Assembly: GCA_043228905.1 (NCBI GenBank)
Contig: JBHGNT010000166.1
Span: 1 to 62,249, forward strand
Source: Azolla caroliniana
Taxonomy: Eukaryota > Plantae > Polypodiophyta
Length of the DNA: 62,249 nucleotides
Reading direction: 5' to 3'
Shown here: piece by piece, positions 23,001 to 36,800 of the stretch
Numbering within the stretch: position 1 is the first letter of the stretch
How the letters are laid out: every line of letters starts with the position of its first letter
Translations under genes and position numbers: made by a program
The notes under the pieces: model-generated
Databases searched by the model: none
Seen by the model: only the letters and a program-made list of their open reading frames with translations
What the model was told of the DNA's origin: nothing

Positions 23001-26000
23001 GCTCAACTTGAGGTCGGCTCCTTGTGTTAGAACATACCAGAGGTCGATTTCACCGCTCAAGACCCGCTCGCGCGAGCATTTCTATGTGCTTCATGCGAGC
23101 ATGGAATATGGCTAGCTGGGACTGTCGGCTCGGTATATGAGGTTGTCACAGTATATGACTGTCGGCTCAGACACCTCCTCCATCTGCAGATCCTTCAATA
23201 GCCGCTTGAGCCAAATGGCTTCACAAGTCGTGACAGCAACTCCTCGATATTCGGCCTCGCTGCTCCACAATGCAACTATCAGCTGCTTTTTACTGCTCCA
23301 TGCGATCGCGGCACTTCCCAATGAAAACGCAAACCTGAATGTTGACCTATGATCGCTAGCATTTCCGGCCAAACCGGCATCCATATAGCCGACCAATTCT
23401 TGAGCTACACCGGTCCAATATAGCAACGCCCTATCTTTTGTGACGTTGACATATCGGAGTATCCTTTGCGCACACTGAAGATGCTCGACCATCGGTTGCA
23501 ACATAAACTGACTTATCAGTCTGACCGGATATCTGAGGTCCGGCTGGGTGATAGCTAGATAGATGAGGCTTCCGACAATCTGTAAGAACCGTTTCGGGTC
23601 GCACACCGTTCCCGGTTCGGGGTGAAGCTTCATGTTTCGGTCTAGAGGGGTCGAGACGGATTTGCAATGCGTCATTCCGAACCTAAAGAGCATACTCATC
23701 ACATAATGCCTTTGGCTTATCAGTATGCCTTCGGGGGTGCGGATCACTTTGATCCCGAGGAAGTAGTGAAGGTCCTCCAGATCCTTCATCTCAAACAATG
23801 CCATTAGCAAAGACTTCACAGGACCGATTCCTTCTAGGTCGGCGCCGGGGATGACTAAATCATCTACATATAGCAGAATGCTTACCGGCCCATGTTGACC
23901 CTACCGGATGAAAAGTGAAGGGTCCAATTTCGCCGTCACAAACCCCATCCTACGCTACCTCTGTGTGCTACCTCTGTGTGATCTTCGCGTTCCAAGCACG
24001 TGGGGCTTACTTGAGTCCGTAGAGGTACTTCTTCAGTCGGCAAACGACCAACGTGTTCAATCCAGACTGAAATTCGGGAGGTTGTACCATGTACACTTGT
24101 TCCTCAAGTTCTCCTTGAAGGAACGCGTTCTTAACGTCCATCTGGTGTAGATGCCATCCCTTCGCCGTTGCTACCGCCAACAGCACCCGGACGGTTGTCA
24201 TATTGGCAACCAGCGCGCATGTCTCATCGTAGTCGATGTCGTGCAGTTGTGCGTAGCCCTTGGCCACCAGTTGGGCCTTGTACCGGTTGACGGAGCCATC
24301 GGCGTTGTACTTTACCTTGCACACCCACCTGCATCCGATCAGCTTCACACCCTTGGGGACGCAACCAAGTCCCATGTCTTATTTTCTATCAATGCGCGCA
24401 TCTCTTCCTCCATAGCAGCACGCCAATTTGCATCCTTCACCGCCTCTGCGTAGCTCTCCGGCTCACGCACTTCCGCCACCTTTGCCATATACACATAGTG
24501 ATGCGCCATGTATTCGTTGTACCCGTACTGAACTACGGGGTTCTTTTGACGAGTTGATCAACGCAACTTTCGCTTTGCCGATGTCATGGCCCTCTTGGCC
24601 AACTCCATCCTCAACTCATGAGGTCCATCTTAGCTCCTGGTCACGTCGGATTCACCTTGATCCGATGCACGTAAATTGTCTCCTCGGCTTCTAGCGCGGG
24701 GACTACACGGCCGAGTCTCCACTATTCGCCGGCTCCTCATCTGAGTGGTCGTTCAGTCTCTCATTCAGCCTGCTTACCCGGAATGAGATCGGGCTCTCCT
24801 CTTGAGTGCCGATTTCTTCCTCAACCATAAGGTGAGGCTCATATTCAGAATTCGGTTCAGACATTTCAGGGGTTGGACGCGGAAAGGAGAAACAAGATGC
24901 CGATTCGTCAAAGACGACATCACGACTCACTCGCAGTTGCTTTGACCAGGGTTTGTACACTTGTACCCCTTCTACTCGTGCAAGTAGCCAACCAAGATAC
25001 ATTTGTCAGGCTTGGCATCCAACTTCTTCCATCTCTCATTCGGCGCGTGCACATATGCGATACTACTGAATACCCTGAGGTGGTGTGCCAAATTCTGCTT
25101 GCACCTGAAATATAGCTCATGCGACGACACCTTTGCTCCAGAGGTAGAAATCCGATTCTAAATGTAGACGGCCGTCCTGATCGCTTCGGCCCAATAGAGT
25201 CTGGGCATGCTCTTCTCTTCCAGCATCGCCTTGGCCGCTTCTACTAGCGTCCGGTTCCGTCCCTCGGTCACACCGTCTGCTCCGGCGTGTATCCACATGA
25301 GAACTCCCTTCGGATTCCCTTTTGTTGCAAATAACTTGTGAACTGACCGGCAAAGTATTCTTTTCTGCCATCCGATCGCAAACACTTGATTTTCCTCTCT
25401 GTTTCTCTTTCGACTAGACTTTTCAGATCCTGAAAACAGGAGAAGACTTCCCTCTTCTTCTCAATGAGATACATCCAAGTGCGTCGGCTGAAGTCGTTGA
25501 TGAAGGAGACGAAGTATCAACTCCCGCCCATGCTCACACAACTTGCCGGTCCCCATACATCCGTGTGAATTAAGTCAAGCCGATTCCGGCTTTGATTCTT
25601 TTCATTGGGAAATGGGACCCTATGTTGCTTCCCAAGTTGACAAGCTTCACATATCTAGGCCTTTCGGCCACTAAACTTTGATAGTCCGAAAACCACATGT
25701 TTCAACTACAATTCTTTAAGCTTCTGGTAGTTGATGTGGCCGATCCGCTTGTGCCACAGGTCGATGTCGGATTCGACCTTTTCTCCTTCTGCAAACATCG
25801 CAGCACCAACATCATTTGTTTCAAGGATAAACATCCTCCCATCTCTGCGCCCTTGCGCTATTAGCCGGCCTCGTCCTCGATGGAGCAGCCATGGTGATTA
25901 AATTGGACCTACATGCCCTAATCAACAATTTATCCGACATGTAGCTGGCCGTCGTCCTCGTTGAAGCAGCCATGGTGATTAAATCGGACCTACATGCCCT

Positions 26001-29000
26001 GATCGACAATTTGTCCGACAAAACCAAGTTCTTTGCAATTGTTGGGACATGCAACACATTCCGCAACATGCCTTTTTGTCCGACATGGTTGTGCAGTAAA
26101 TTACCCACGTGTTTGATGGGGTGCAAAGTGTTGTCGCTAGTCTCGACAACTCCCGTCTGTTCCAATTATTCCAAGCTTGAGAACCATTCGACATGGTTTG
26201 TCATATGGTTTGATGCTCCAAAATCAACGTACCAAACCTCTTCCAGTTTTGTGGTACGTACTCCCATCTTATTTGCCTTGTGTTTCATAACGAGTGCAAG
26301 ACCCATTTCGGTTCGATCTCCTTTTCCAGCGTAGTGTGATCGGTGACGCCTATCTGCATCACCCCGGCTTGATCCAGCTCTGTTCGAATCGGCACGCTTC
26401 TTCCAACACTCGCTCTCTCTGTGACCCTTCCGGCCACAGTACTAGCAATCTGTTGCATCTTTCCCTTGCAGGCTTCCGGCGGCGCCTTGACTCGCCTTGC
26501 TCGTGGAGGGTCCAAAATTGTTGTCGGCACCACCTTTGTGCCTTCTTTCCTGCTCTTGTCGGCCGCCTCCATTGCGTTCCGACCCGCCTCGTCCACATCC
26601 ACGGGGCCAATCCACCTCCGTGTACAGCAACTTGTGGTCGGTGTGCATGCTCGTCGACGCACCCGTGTGGTTTTCAACAAGCAATATTGATTGTAGCTCG
26701 AAGAACAACGGCGTGCTTTCTCTCGTGCAGACAGCAGTTCGGAACGCTCCGAACTTCGACGCCAACCCACCAAGGCAGACCTACACCATTCCGTCCTCAA
26801 CAGTCACGTTGATGGAGGCGAGGGAGTCACAGATCTCCTTGATTCGGGCAGTGTAATCGGCCACCGACATTCTCTTTGTCGTACATTGCTCAACTCTTGT
26901 TTGAATTGTAGCTTCCTGGACGTCGTGATTGCTGCAAAGACCCTTTTTAGGTTCGTCCAACCATCTTTCGGCGTCTTGGCATCCCGGATATAGCTGAGTA
27001 GCTGACCTCCGACACTCGACGCGAAGCAGTACATAACTCTGCTTGCCGCCTGTTCCCAAGCCAGAAAGTCCCTGTGTGTCGCATCCGGTGTTGCATCATT
27101 TGCTCCTTTGACGTAACTCCAGTACCCATGCCCAAGCAGGTACTAGTTGCTCCTATCGAGCTTTTTTGTTGGAAGTGAGCTTCCCATGCCCCTATCCATG
27201 TTCCTGACTTTTCTTCTCCAAAAGATGAAGGCTTGTCTCTGCTAAAATGGAGAGATACATTGGATACAAAATGTATACATGCTCACTAGTCAAGCAATAG
27301 CACAAGGTATTTCTCTGGACTGGAAAGTTAATTGGATCAAGACACTATAGGTAGGAGGAAATAGGAATCAGTTCACCATTTCAGGCACAATTCTGGTGGG
27401 ATGTATTATGATTAAACTTCTACCCAATCTTGCCAAACTTCAACTTTATAAATGAGCAGAAAACACATGAATAGAGCTATGTAACAAGCAGATTCCTGAC
27501 CCAAACACACTAATATTGATCATCTCAGCATATAATTTGGCAAAAATAAGCATCACACTTCGCTAACCATCTTGGACCACTGAAACAACAGACTACACTA
27601 CTGAAGGAAAGAACATGTTTGTTATTCCACACCTTTGTACCTCGTCGAAGCAGCTCTCTTGCAAAAGGTAAAATTCCAAGAACCACATCCGAGCCAGCAT
27701 TATCCACAAAAATTACAGCCTGGAGAAAGTCAAATTTAGAGATAGTTTTCATTCACATGGAAAGTTAAACACTACTATGTGCCGAAAATTAACTGTTGGA
27801 ACGTGCCTTTTTCCATGATTTCTGTGACCACCTAGACTTGAACTTTTCAAGATCATCAATTACCCATGGTCGAGAAAGTAGCTTCTCATAGCTTTTTAAG
27901 AAAGACATCCCATTGCTAGCAAATAGTTCTGCGAGCTTTCAGGTTATGAACCAGTATCAGAGCTCACAATTTTGAACATATTTGCATTCTGTTGCTTATT
28001 TACATGGATTCACAAACTCAAAATTTGCAACCTGTGTTACACCGAGATCAAAAATATTTCCTGCAAAAATTCCCTTCAGGAGATGTTCCAAGCGCTCTCC
28101 ATTGTCATCAATGCTATCTGCCCGAATGATCACATCGCTAAGAAGACCAATGGCTTTAACATTTTCCTCTTCCTGTGGAACAGTTGGCAGAAGTTGGGTT
28201 ATTTGCAGAACAGAAGTTGGGTTCAGTCTTACCATAACGATGCTAGCATTTTCATATACCTTCACTTTTTTGAATATGTCCCAGAAACCACACTCTCTTA
28301 AACAAACTTCTCTCAGCCTACAGAGAAGCTGCACAAAATATATCGACAAAGTCAGAATGGGTAAGTTAAAAGGTTGGCTTCAACATTCAGTTGTAAGTTG
28401 CAACACCAAAACATTATTCCAACTATAATTGTACAAATAAAGAAAGTGGCAAAAAAATTCATCTGATTTTCTTACAATACAATCAGGAGGGCCTCCATGC
28501 CTTTCTGTATCCTCCTGCAGTTCATCAAGTATTTTTGTGTACCTGTATGCAGTAACACCATGAGTTGATTTCCTACTTTTCTTTTCTAGTGCAAATGAGG
28601 TGTACATTTTCTTCTTATGCATAACACCCAGACATTCAGGCAGATCACTGACAAAAAAAGTTGTTTCAGGAAACATTTTGTGAACATGTTCCCAATCACA
28701 TGTTGCAATTACAAACCATTCACAGCAGGGTTCCTAAAATACATAAACCATAACAAAACATATCACTAAACCAAAAGACAAGGAATACACGTAAAAGTAT
28801 TATGTAACGAGTCAGCAATCGGCATAGAGATTGATGTTTTATTAAGTCAAAAGTGAGACCTTTGAGCAAATTTTGTCGCTCTACTTGCAGCATCTACAAC
28901 GGTATTATCAGATTCAGCTTGCTTCCTGAACACAAAAAATGGCACTTGAACAATTACACATACTTAATAACTAAAACATGCATAGTAAGTTATGGACTAT

Positions 29001-30444
29001 GTGTATTCCTTAGCATGCATGGAAAGATTACTATGCAAACACAATTATAGAATTTCTTGTCATTAGTTTCAGCACTCAGTACACAACTTCATGTCATATC
29101 ACTTTTCACTGGAATTGACCTATTAATATGAATAGATCATAGGAAAGAATTTCCACTGTCCTTAACCCCACCTCCAAAAGCATTCCCGAGTATCATGTTA
29201 AATGTCTAATGCCTAAATGCCGACCAAAATTCTTTTTTATTTCTCCATCTCCCCATGTGCTGAATGCGATGCTTTTACATCATAGTCCTATATCATGCAA
29301 CATTATTTGGACCACACGTGACTCAAAGATCATTGCTTGGATCTCCCATCTACTTGATGTCCTTTGTTTACACAAGATTCTGACAGTTTCTGCCATGCTC
29401 ACGTCAACTTTTCTGAACACACAATACCAGAATGCACAATTTGGAAAGACTATCGTTTCCAAGATACCCAAAATGTCCACTACCCTCAATTGCTTGACCT
29501 CCATATTGGCTTATCCTGGATCCTTTACTTTTGTGTGGGGCATGTTAGAGAGAGAATGTGCCATACCTTGTTTGATCAGGGTGAAACATTTTAATGTACC
29601 CTGTCTGGAGTTTATTAGTGCCTCTTGATGCTAGTGGGTTTGGATGACCATACTTTTGCTTTTAAGTGTTAGTGACTCCATACTTGTATACAGTCTTTGT
29701 TTTCCGTAAGATTTCTTCAGTGGGAAAATTTTAGCATAATCAGTGGTCTGACTGGTATTTTACCTTTTGTATTCTCACAAGCTGATTTTATCTACCACAA
29801 TCACCTCTTGATGTAAGACGCCTACCAATGCATTCAGTTTTGGTTTTTTCAGATTACGGTATATATGATCAGTATCATTTGCTTGTTCCTTCTATCCCAT
29901 GTTGCTGTAAACAGAAAATAGTCACAATGGCATGCCTCACATATGAGGATATCATGCATGACTGGGGAAAATTCCTACAAGGTTGTGTACTAGCTTTCAA
30001 GGACTATTTGCAAAGAAAGAGTCATCACTAACAAAAGTAGTAAATCTCTTTCCTTGTCAACTCAGACTACAGAGCCAAATTCATGGAATATCAAAACATT
30101 GAAACAAGCTTACTTTTTCATTTCAGTTTTCAGTTTAGTTACTCTATTTCATCCTGTGGACTTTAGTGTATCATCATCTCTCTCCTTCTAATCAAATTTC
30201 GTTTGACCGTATTCGGTCAATCAAAAAACATGATATACAAATATAGGGACAAAAGAAGACGAAGAAGAAGGAATTTACAAATATACCTTAGAGAAGGGAT
30301 GGAGTTGCGGAATAGAGTGATCCACGTGAGCTCTGTAGGGGTGGGGAGATGGCGAGGATCTGATGCAGAACGATAAGGAATGGTGCAGGGAGAGTAGCCA
30401 TGACAGAGAAGAGGGAAAGGAACCGAAGCAGACTCGCTCTCCAT
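20018..30444 (-). CDS. Damage-control phosphatase, DUF89/ARMT1-like (At2g17340-like; related to the PANK4 C-terminal domain), 12 exons, 366 aa
   Basis: Exons: 30444-30287, 28925-28860, 28542-28476, 28328-28260, 28172-28032, 27935-27807, 27719-27633, 21229-21155, 20705-20619, 20439-20362, 20244-20182, 20098-20018 (1101 nt, phases consistent, TGA at 20020-20018). Motifs [55 protein letters not shown]. All introns are GT-AG except intron 6 (GC-AG). Confidence 0.93.
21591..22120 (-). repeat. Probable solo or partial gypsy LTR remnant in intron 7
   Basis: Starts TGTCGTAAAAACC...GAACTGCCGGGGTTTTG, resembling the reverse complement of Phygy-like LTR 3' ends; contains a TATA-like site and CATG-rich repeats; the far boundary is uncertain. 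Confidence 0.45.
22472..27187 (-). mobile_element. Degenerate Ty1/copia element in intron 7 of the host gene (no 5' LTR seen)
   Basis: gag from ~27187 ([11 protein letters not shown]), integrase (HTDVWGP, LRSDG, WAEAIRT), RT ([15 protein letters not shown] near 23860), RNase H (WSSKKQ, EAEY, YCDN); PPT TTGAGGGGGAG; 3' LTR ~22989-22472. Confidence 0.85.
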
Positions 30445-30709
30445 AGCTCTCTTGTCATTCCCCTGTTTCATGCTCCGTTTATAGCATGGCATCATGTATG
30501 TACATACATATGTATGTGTACGCTCTATTCCACCCGGCCCGCCCAGCCCCGCCCAGCCCGTCCCGTGTCTATTTGCTACCAAATCATAAAGAGACCTCCA
30601 TGAACCGTGCAAGGCATACTTCGATAATCCCATGTGATCTGCAATGTCAGATCATTATCCACAAAATGCACACGCCCATAACTAACCCTACTCTATCCAG
30701 CCTCTGTCA

Positions 30710-30887
30710 CATCTAACCCAGCTCTATCCTTGCGTTTAACCCATCTTCATCCTTGCATCTAACCCATCTTTGTCCTTGTGTCTAACCCATCTATATCCTT
30801 GCATCTAACCCGTCTTTATCCTTGCATCTAACCCATCTCTATCCCTGCACCTATCACTTCTAACCCGTCTAAGTCCTTGTATCTATC
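30710..30887 (+). repeat. 23-bp minisatellite (CATCTAACCCATCTTTATCCTTG), ~6-7 copies, upstream of the host gene
   Basis: Six regular units at 30710-30847 plus a degenerate tail. Confidence 0.85.
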
Positions 30888-30891
30888 ATGT

Positions 30892-33800
30892 TGTTACAGG
30901 CATGACCATATAATATCTTGTGGTGAGAATTTACCGTAGTATTCTATACACGTGGATAACGTGTGAGGGTTAAACGAGAGTGTAAAGAAGGGGAGGTAGT
31001 GTGAACTTGCATGGGAGCCTTAGGTCTAGCTATAAATATGAGGCCTAACTACCGTCATTTGACACATTATCGACTATGTCGAGACTCTAACATTGTGGTG
31101 GGTCAACTCTTGTAGCGACGCGCCAGCACCAGGTACGACTCGACGTCAGGGCAGTGGTATGGGACACTGTCGTGTTGCTACGCGCGTGCGTGGAGAACGA
31201 GGTGGGACCACAGGGGGGCTCAGATCGAGGAATAGCCGAATGAGGGGAGGGGAAGGAACTTGACTATGTAATTCTCACGCGCTCAGACCCACAGAATCAC
31301 AGGATTTGCAACTAACTATAGAACACGAGATGGAGATAGAACGAATGCTTATGTATATATAAATCAAGGTGTTACAACTGGCAAGCCAGCGAGTGATAGG
31401 CTCCGACGCCTACACGCACGCACCCGCACGCACGCACAGACACAGAACACGAGATGGAGACTCTGTCGGTAGCACTCGGGCGTCCCGCGGAGCAGAGTCA
31501 GCCTCCCAAAACATGCACAGAACAATTAAAGGGGCGACGGAGGAGAGGAGAAGGGCTCGGTCCCAGTCCAGCAGCACTTTCGTCCTCTGCTAAATGCGAT
31601 ATATTTTTCAATACCTCTCCCTCTCTTTTATAGCCCAAGGAGGGAGGCCATTACCACCCGTTACATCATGTTTATTCCATGTCCTTTCAGACAGGGATAC
31701 GCCTCGATTTTCTCCCTACTGTATGCATGGTACTTAGGATTTCACCTCAGCCGACTCGTACCCTATCCACGTACTATACAACAAAACTTGTGCCCACGTG
31801 TAAGGGCCGGTTTACGCACGTTATACGTGGTTTCCGCCTAGGGACGGTTTTCTCCACGACATCCGCCCCCACCTAACCACACATCCACCGGTATGCGCCA
31901 AAATTAGACTCTTGCCGGAGAAGACCAGCCCACGCTTATCCTTCGTCTTCCGGATCGGCATCTGTTCCGAGTTGGTCGTTATCGCTATCCAAGTCGCCCG
32001 GGTCCGGTTCAACCTCGTGCCGCTTTTTGAAGGCTTTGATCCTTTTCCCCACGACCGGTACCGTCATCCTTGTCCCGTCAAGCTCCGCGAGATGGTAGGT
32101 CCCATTGTCGTTGGCGCTCGTCACCGCATAAGGCCCGAACCACCTGCTTGCAAATTTCCGCGTTGCCTGGTGCTGGTTGTCGAGGCTGCTGTCATATACT
32201 AGAACCCAGTCGCCTTCCTCGATCTTCTTCGGTCTCAATTGGTGAGTTCGGTCGAACCGTCCTTTGTTCTTTACCCTCACCACCCGTAGCTTCTCCGCGG
32301 CTCGGCCCACGTCCTCCGGTCTTCGTTCCAACAGCCGAATCCGTGCCGCTAACAGCTCCTCCCGGCTCATCTCGTTGTTCCAGTCCACCATGGCCCATGA
32401 TGAGATTGTCTGCTATGTTAGCATGATCGGCTTTTGCTCATACATTAGCTCTGCCGGCATGAACCCGGTTACCGAACTGTGCGTAGTTCAGTCTGCCCAC
32501 AACGCAAGGGTAAGAGTCGCGGCCAGTTCCCGACATGGCCTCCACACGCCCGTACCAACGCTTTGACGATCGGCCCGTGTCCGCGCTCCACCTTCCCATT
32601 AGCCTCCGGATTGTATGCCGTGGTGAGCGAGAGTTTAATTCCTAGCCGGTCAAATAGCTCTTCTGCCTCTTGCGCGTCCAATTCCCTGCGGTCGGCCACG
32701 ATCTTACCTACGCACCCGTACCGGCATACCATTTCTTCATCAGAAATCGGCACACGGCCGCAGTCGTTTTGCTCTGCAACGCTCGGCCTTCCACCTGGTT
32801 CGTCAGGTCCTCCCAAGCTAGCACCAGATATCGCATTTGCCCTACCCCCATCGGCATCGTCACCAGATCCACCATCCACTTGAAGTGGATGCTCGGAGGG
32901 TAGGTTGGGTGGAGTTCGTCCCGATGTCGGACTATGGAGTGCACCTGACAGCTTTCGCAAGTCTTCACGAACCGATGCATGTCCCGGTATAGTCCCGGCC
33001 ACCAGTACTTCCCCTTTAGCTTCTCGAATGTGGCCCACATCCCATGGTGTCTAGCCCAGGGACTCTCGTGGTACGCCGTCCGCAATTCTTCCTGTTCCTC
33101 TTTCTTCGCCACCACTCGGAGCGGGATGCCGTCTCTCTTCTTCAGGTGCTTCCATATGCTCCTGTCCCGTAGAAAGAATCGGTACGCTTTCTTCCGAATC
33201 CGGTTGGCCTTTTCCTTCATCCATGCCGCGTTCGGCGTCATTGCCTTCAGGAACCCACCGATCTGGAGCCACTCCCCGTCGTACTTGCTCTCGTCGAATT
33301 CGTTAAGCGCCGGAGTGCTCCCCTTTCTTGTTGTTACGTTGGCTGACCCGAAGAAATCCTCGTCAACTTCCTCGTTATCTGAAACCATGCCGTCCTCGTC
33401 ACTGAACCGCCCCCTTGAAAGCATATCAGCCATGGCATTATCTTTCCCGGAGATGTGTCGTATTTCCGGGTTCAGGGACTTGATGTACGTGATCCACCTG
33501 AGCATCGGTAGGTTCGGAAACTCGCAACCGGAGACCATACCTAGAATCGGTAGGCAGTCCGTCTCGATGATCACTTCCGTCCCGATCAGATAGTCCTTGT
33601 CGGCCTTGATTGCCGAAACGATACCCCACAACTCGCGCTTAACTTGGGCGTATCCTCACTGCCGCTCGCTCAATATCTTCGCCCCGAACCAGATCGGGAA
33701 CCGTACGTCGTCCTTGTCCTCCTGATTGATTACCCACCCGATCCCGGTTGGGCTCGTGTCCACCGTCACGTAGATGGGGACTTCCTTGCCGTAAACCGCT

Positions 33801-36800
33801 TTCCGGAGAGCCGGTGCTGCAGCAAGCGCCTCCTTCAGCCTCCGGACCGACTTTGTGTGCTCCATCCTCCACTCGAACCTACACCCTTTCTTCAATAGCC
33901 CGTAGAGCGGTTCCACGACATGTGCGTAGTGTGGAATCCAGATGTGGTAGAACGCGCACACACCCAAGAATTTGCGGACCTCCGTAACCGTCCTGCAATC
34001 GTCCTTCATCACGGAGATGCCTTCTACCTTTGCTGGGGACGGTTTCCGGCCATAGGGCCCGCACAGGTGTCCGACTACCAGGATCTCCGGCTGTCTGAAT
34101 GCTGATTTCTCTCCGGAGAAGGTGAGTTGTGCGTTCTCGAGTCTTTGTAGCACCTTCTCGCATTCGCGGATGTGATCCGTCACGAACCTCCGACAGCCAT
34201 TGGGCCCGACCGACTCGTCCTTGTCCTCCACCGGACATCCTTTGATCGGGATGTCGTCCAGAAACGGCATGGTGATGTCTGGGATGCAGTCCCTCAACAC
34301 CTTGTTCATCGCATTCACCATGTGTGCCACCGAGTTCGTTCCTCCTTGCGGCAGGGTACACATCCGAACTAGGCTGAGAGGAGTCCGCATCGTCGTGACA
34401 TCCCTGCTCTCTACGGCTAGCTGGAACTGATTGTAGCCTGAGTATAGGTCCCCAACCGAGTAGATCGACCTCCCTATGAAAGCCTCCGCGAACTCATCAA
34501 TGGTCAGTTCGATACCTGCGTTCCGAATGGTCACCTTGTTGATCAGCTGTAGGTCCTGTATGAAGCGTAGTGTGCCGTTCTTCTTCGGCATGGTAAACCA
34601 CCGATTTGAATATGGGGCACTCGACGGTTCGAGGATGCCCATCTCCACCTTCTGTTTCAGCATCTCCATCAGCTTCAGGATGTGAGCTCCGGGTATCGGA
34701 ATCAGTTTGAGACTCCACGACATATGCGGTACCGTGAAGATCCCATTGGTTCCACAACCTTCGAGTCTACGCACTCGATCTCCTCCGATGAGAATGCGAA
34801 AGTCTTCCCGTGCCTCCCGAGCATCCTCCAAAACCGGTCCTCTTCCGCCGGCAATAGAAAGCCACCCCCACCGATTTTGAGCTCTCGTAGCGTTACGTCC
34901 ATGAATGTGTGTCCTATGCTGGCCGGATCTCGTAAACTTGGGTCCGACGCAACCCCTTTTATCCGTAACTCGCTATCCTCCGGCAAGGGTGCCGCGACTT
35001 GCCTCACCTTCCGGTCCACAGTCTTGTACTTTGTATCCACCCGGGCCGTGCGATCCGACTCGAGTCCACTGCCAAAGTCGGCAATGACTTTGTACATCTT
35101 TTCCGAACATACCGGAATCGTTCGGTCCTCATTAAGGCCTTCTCCGAACACCTCCCGTAACTTCCCCAAGGTGTCGTCAAAAGAGACCGCCTCCACGGCT
35201 CCGTTGATTTCCTCTTTAGGGCTGAGGACCCCCCATGCCCGAAGTCGCTCCTCCGCCCGCTTCTTTTCCCGGCCAACTACGTTGGCTATCGTACAACCTT
35301 CGCTATCGGAGAACCAAAATTTTCTACCTATGGTATAGGTCTTTTCGCCTATAGTTCATATGTGGGGTTTTTCCGGGGTGTCCGGACTATCGCGGCCCCA
35401 CGCCTTGATAGCCCTCTCTAAAAATCCCCTCGGTTTTCGGCACCGAGGGTCTCACGGTTATGCTCATGGTTCGGTCGTACCGTCAGGAACTGGACCGAGT
35501 GATCCCATCCTGGCTCTTGACTCGCACATATGCCGAACCGTTGTCCAACACCTTTGTCTCCATGCGCGCCGCTGTGATGTACGGTTCTCCGAGTATCACC
35601 GGATGCGAGGACGTCTCCTGCACGAAGAAGTGTTGATCGATCTCGACATCGCCGATTTTTACTCGTACATTCGGGTAGGCTCCGTGTAGCTCCTCCGTGG
35701 CACGCGTTGCTGCCTGTATCTTCCACCCGTGCTTGGTGTTGATCAACCACTTTCCCTTCTTGTAGAAGTCCATGGACATCAAGTTGATCTCCGAACCGTG
35801 GTCTAACAACGCCACCACCGGCTCCTGGACGTCCCCGATCCTAACAGGGGTTTCCATAATGGCCCTAGCCCAATGTAGCCTCGAGTAGTGGCTTTCCGCC
35901 AATTCGTCCTCCAGGGCCATGTCTTCTAGGTGCGTCGTTCGCACCTCCATCGGCTTCTCTAGCTCCGGCTCCGTTGAAAGCCTTTTCCGCTTCACGAAGT
36001 CTACGATGGAGTCGTGGAACTCCTTCTTGGCGATACCGAGCACTTCCCTCAGCGACAACTCCACTTTGCTGTTGAGGATCCGTTCCTCCAGGACCTTTCG
36101 TAGGTCTGTGGTCCTTTCGATCTCCGTGCTCAATCGATAACCGGCCTTCTTGGCCTTGTCCGGTGCGCCGGATGCACCGACATCACTCTGCTTTGGCCTG
36201 AACCGGATCTCATACCGTTGTGAGGGTTCGGCCCCCCCGGTCTTCCCTGCTCGCTTGTCTTCCACCAGAACCTCGTAGTTCTAGCACATGGCTTCCACGA
36301 AGCCCGCCTTCTCCTCGACCGGGTCACTCCACCCGGTTACCTCCCGGACCCGTCTTTCCGCGCGGTTCGCTTCCTCTTTCTTCAGCCTTACGCCGGCGAG
36401 GCCATCTAGCATCACCGGCCAGAATCCAGCTTCCTTCGTCTTCCGGTGTTCATCGCTTCTGACCCGGATTCCAACCGCCGCTTCTTCCATTAGCCGTTTC
36501 ATACCCCCTCGTCCGACATTAAGATCCAGGGCCCTTCGGGTCTCGCTAGCGTGCACCCGACCGTTCCATAGGTACATGACGTTAGCTCTTATTGCTTCGG
36601 CGAAGTCCCCGCAGTCCTTTCGGGCGTGGCCGACCGCGTCGCACCACAAGCACCGGCTCCTAGTCGAAGGCCTTCGGTCACGGACTTGTTCGCCGCCGTC
36701 CCTTCGTGCTTGCATGATCTGGAGGTCCCTCACCATCTGAGTTAGCTCCTCCAGAGCCGCTCCTCCGGATGAGCCTTTGACCATGCCGGTCGAAGTCGAG

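Noticed and set aside
28173-28259. In-frame, stop-free 87-nt segment joining exons 4 and 5 in the ORF track
   Set aside because: It has canonical GT-AG ends and the homologous protein, as recalled, has no insertion there; treated as an intron.
29130-29950. Possible decayed coding or TE fragment in intron 1
   Set aside because: No motif could be identified by eye; it needs BLASTX.
31164-31167. Exact TSD for element EC
   Set aside because: The flanks ACAC and ACGT differ at two positions; compatible with a mutated 4-bp site but not demonstrable.
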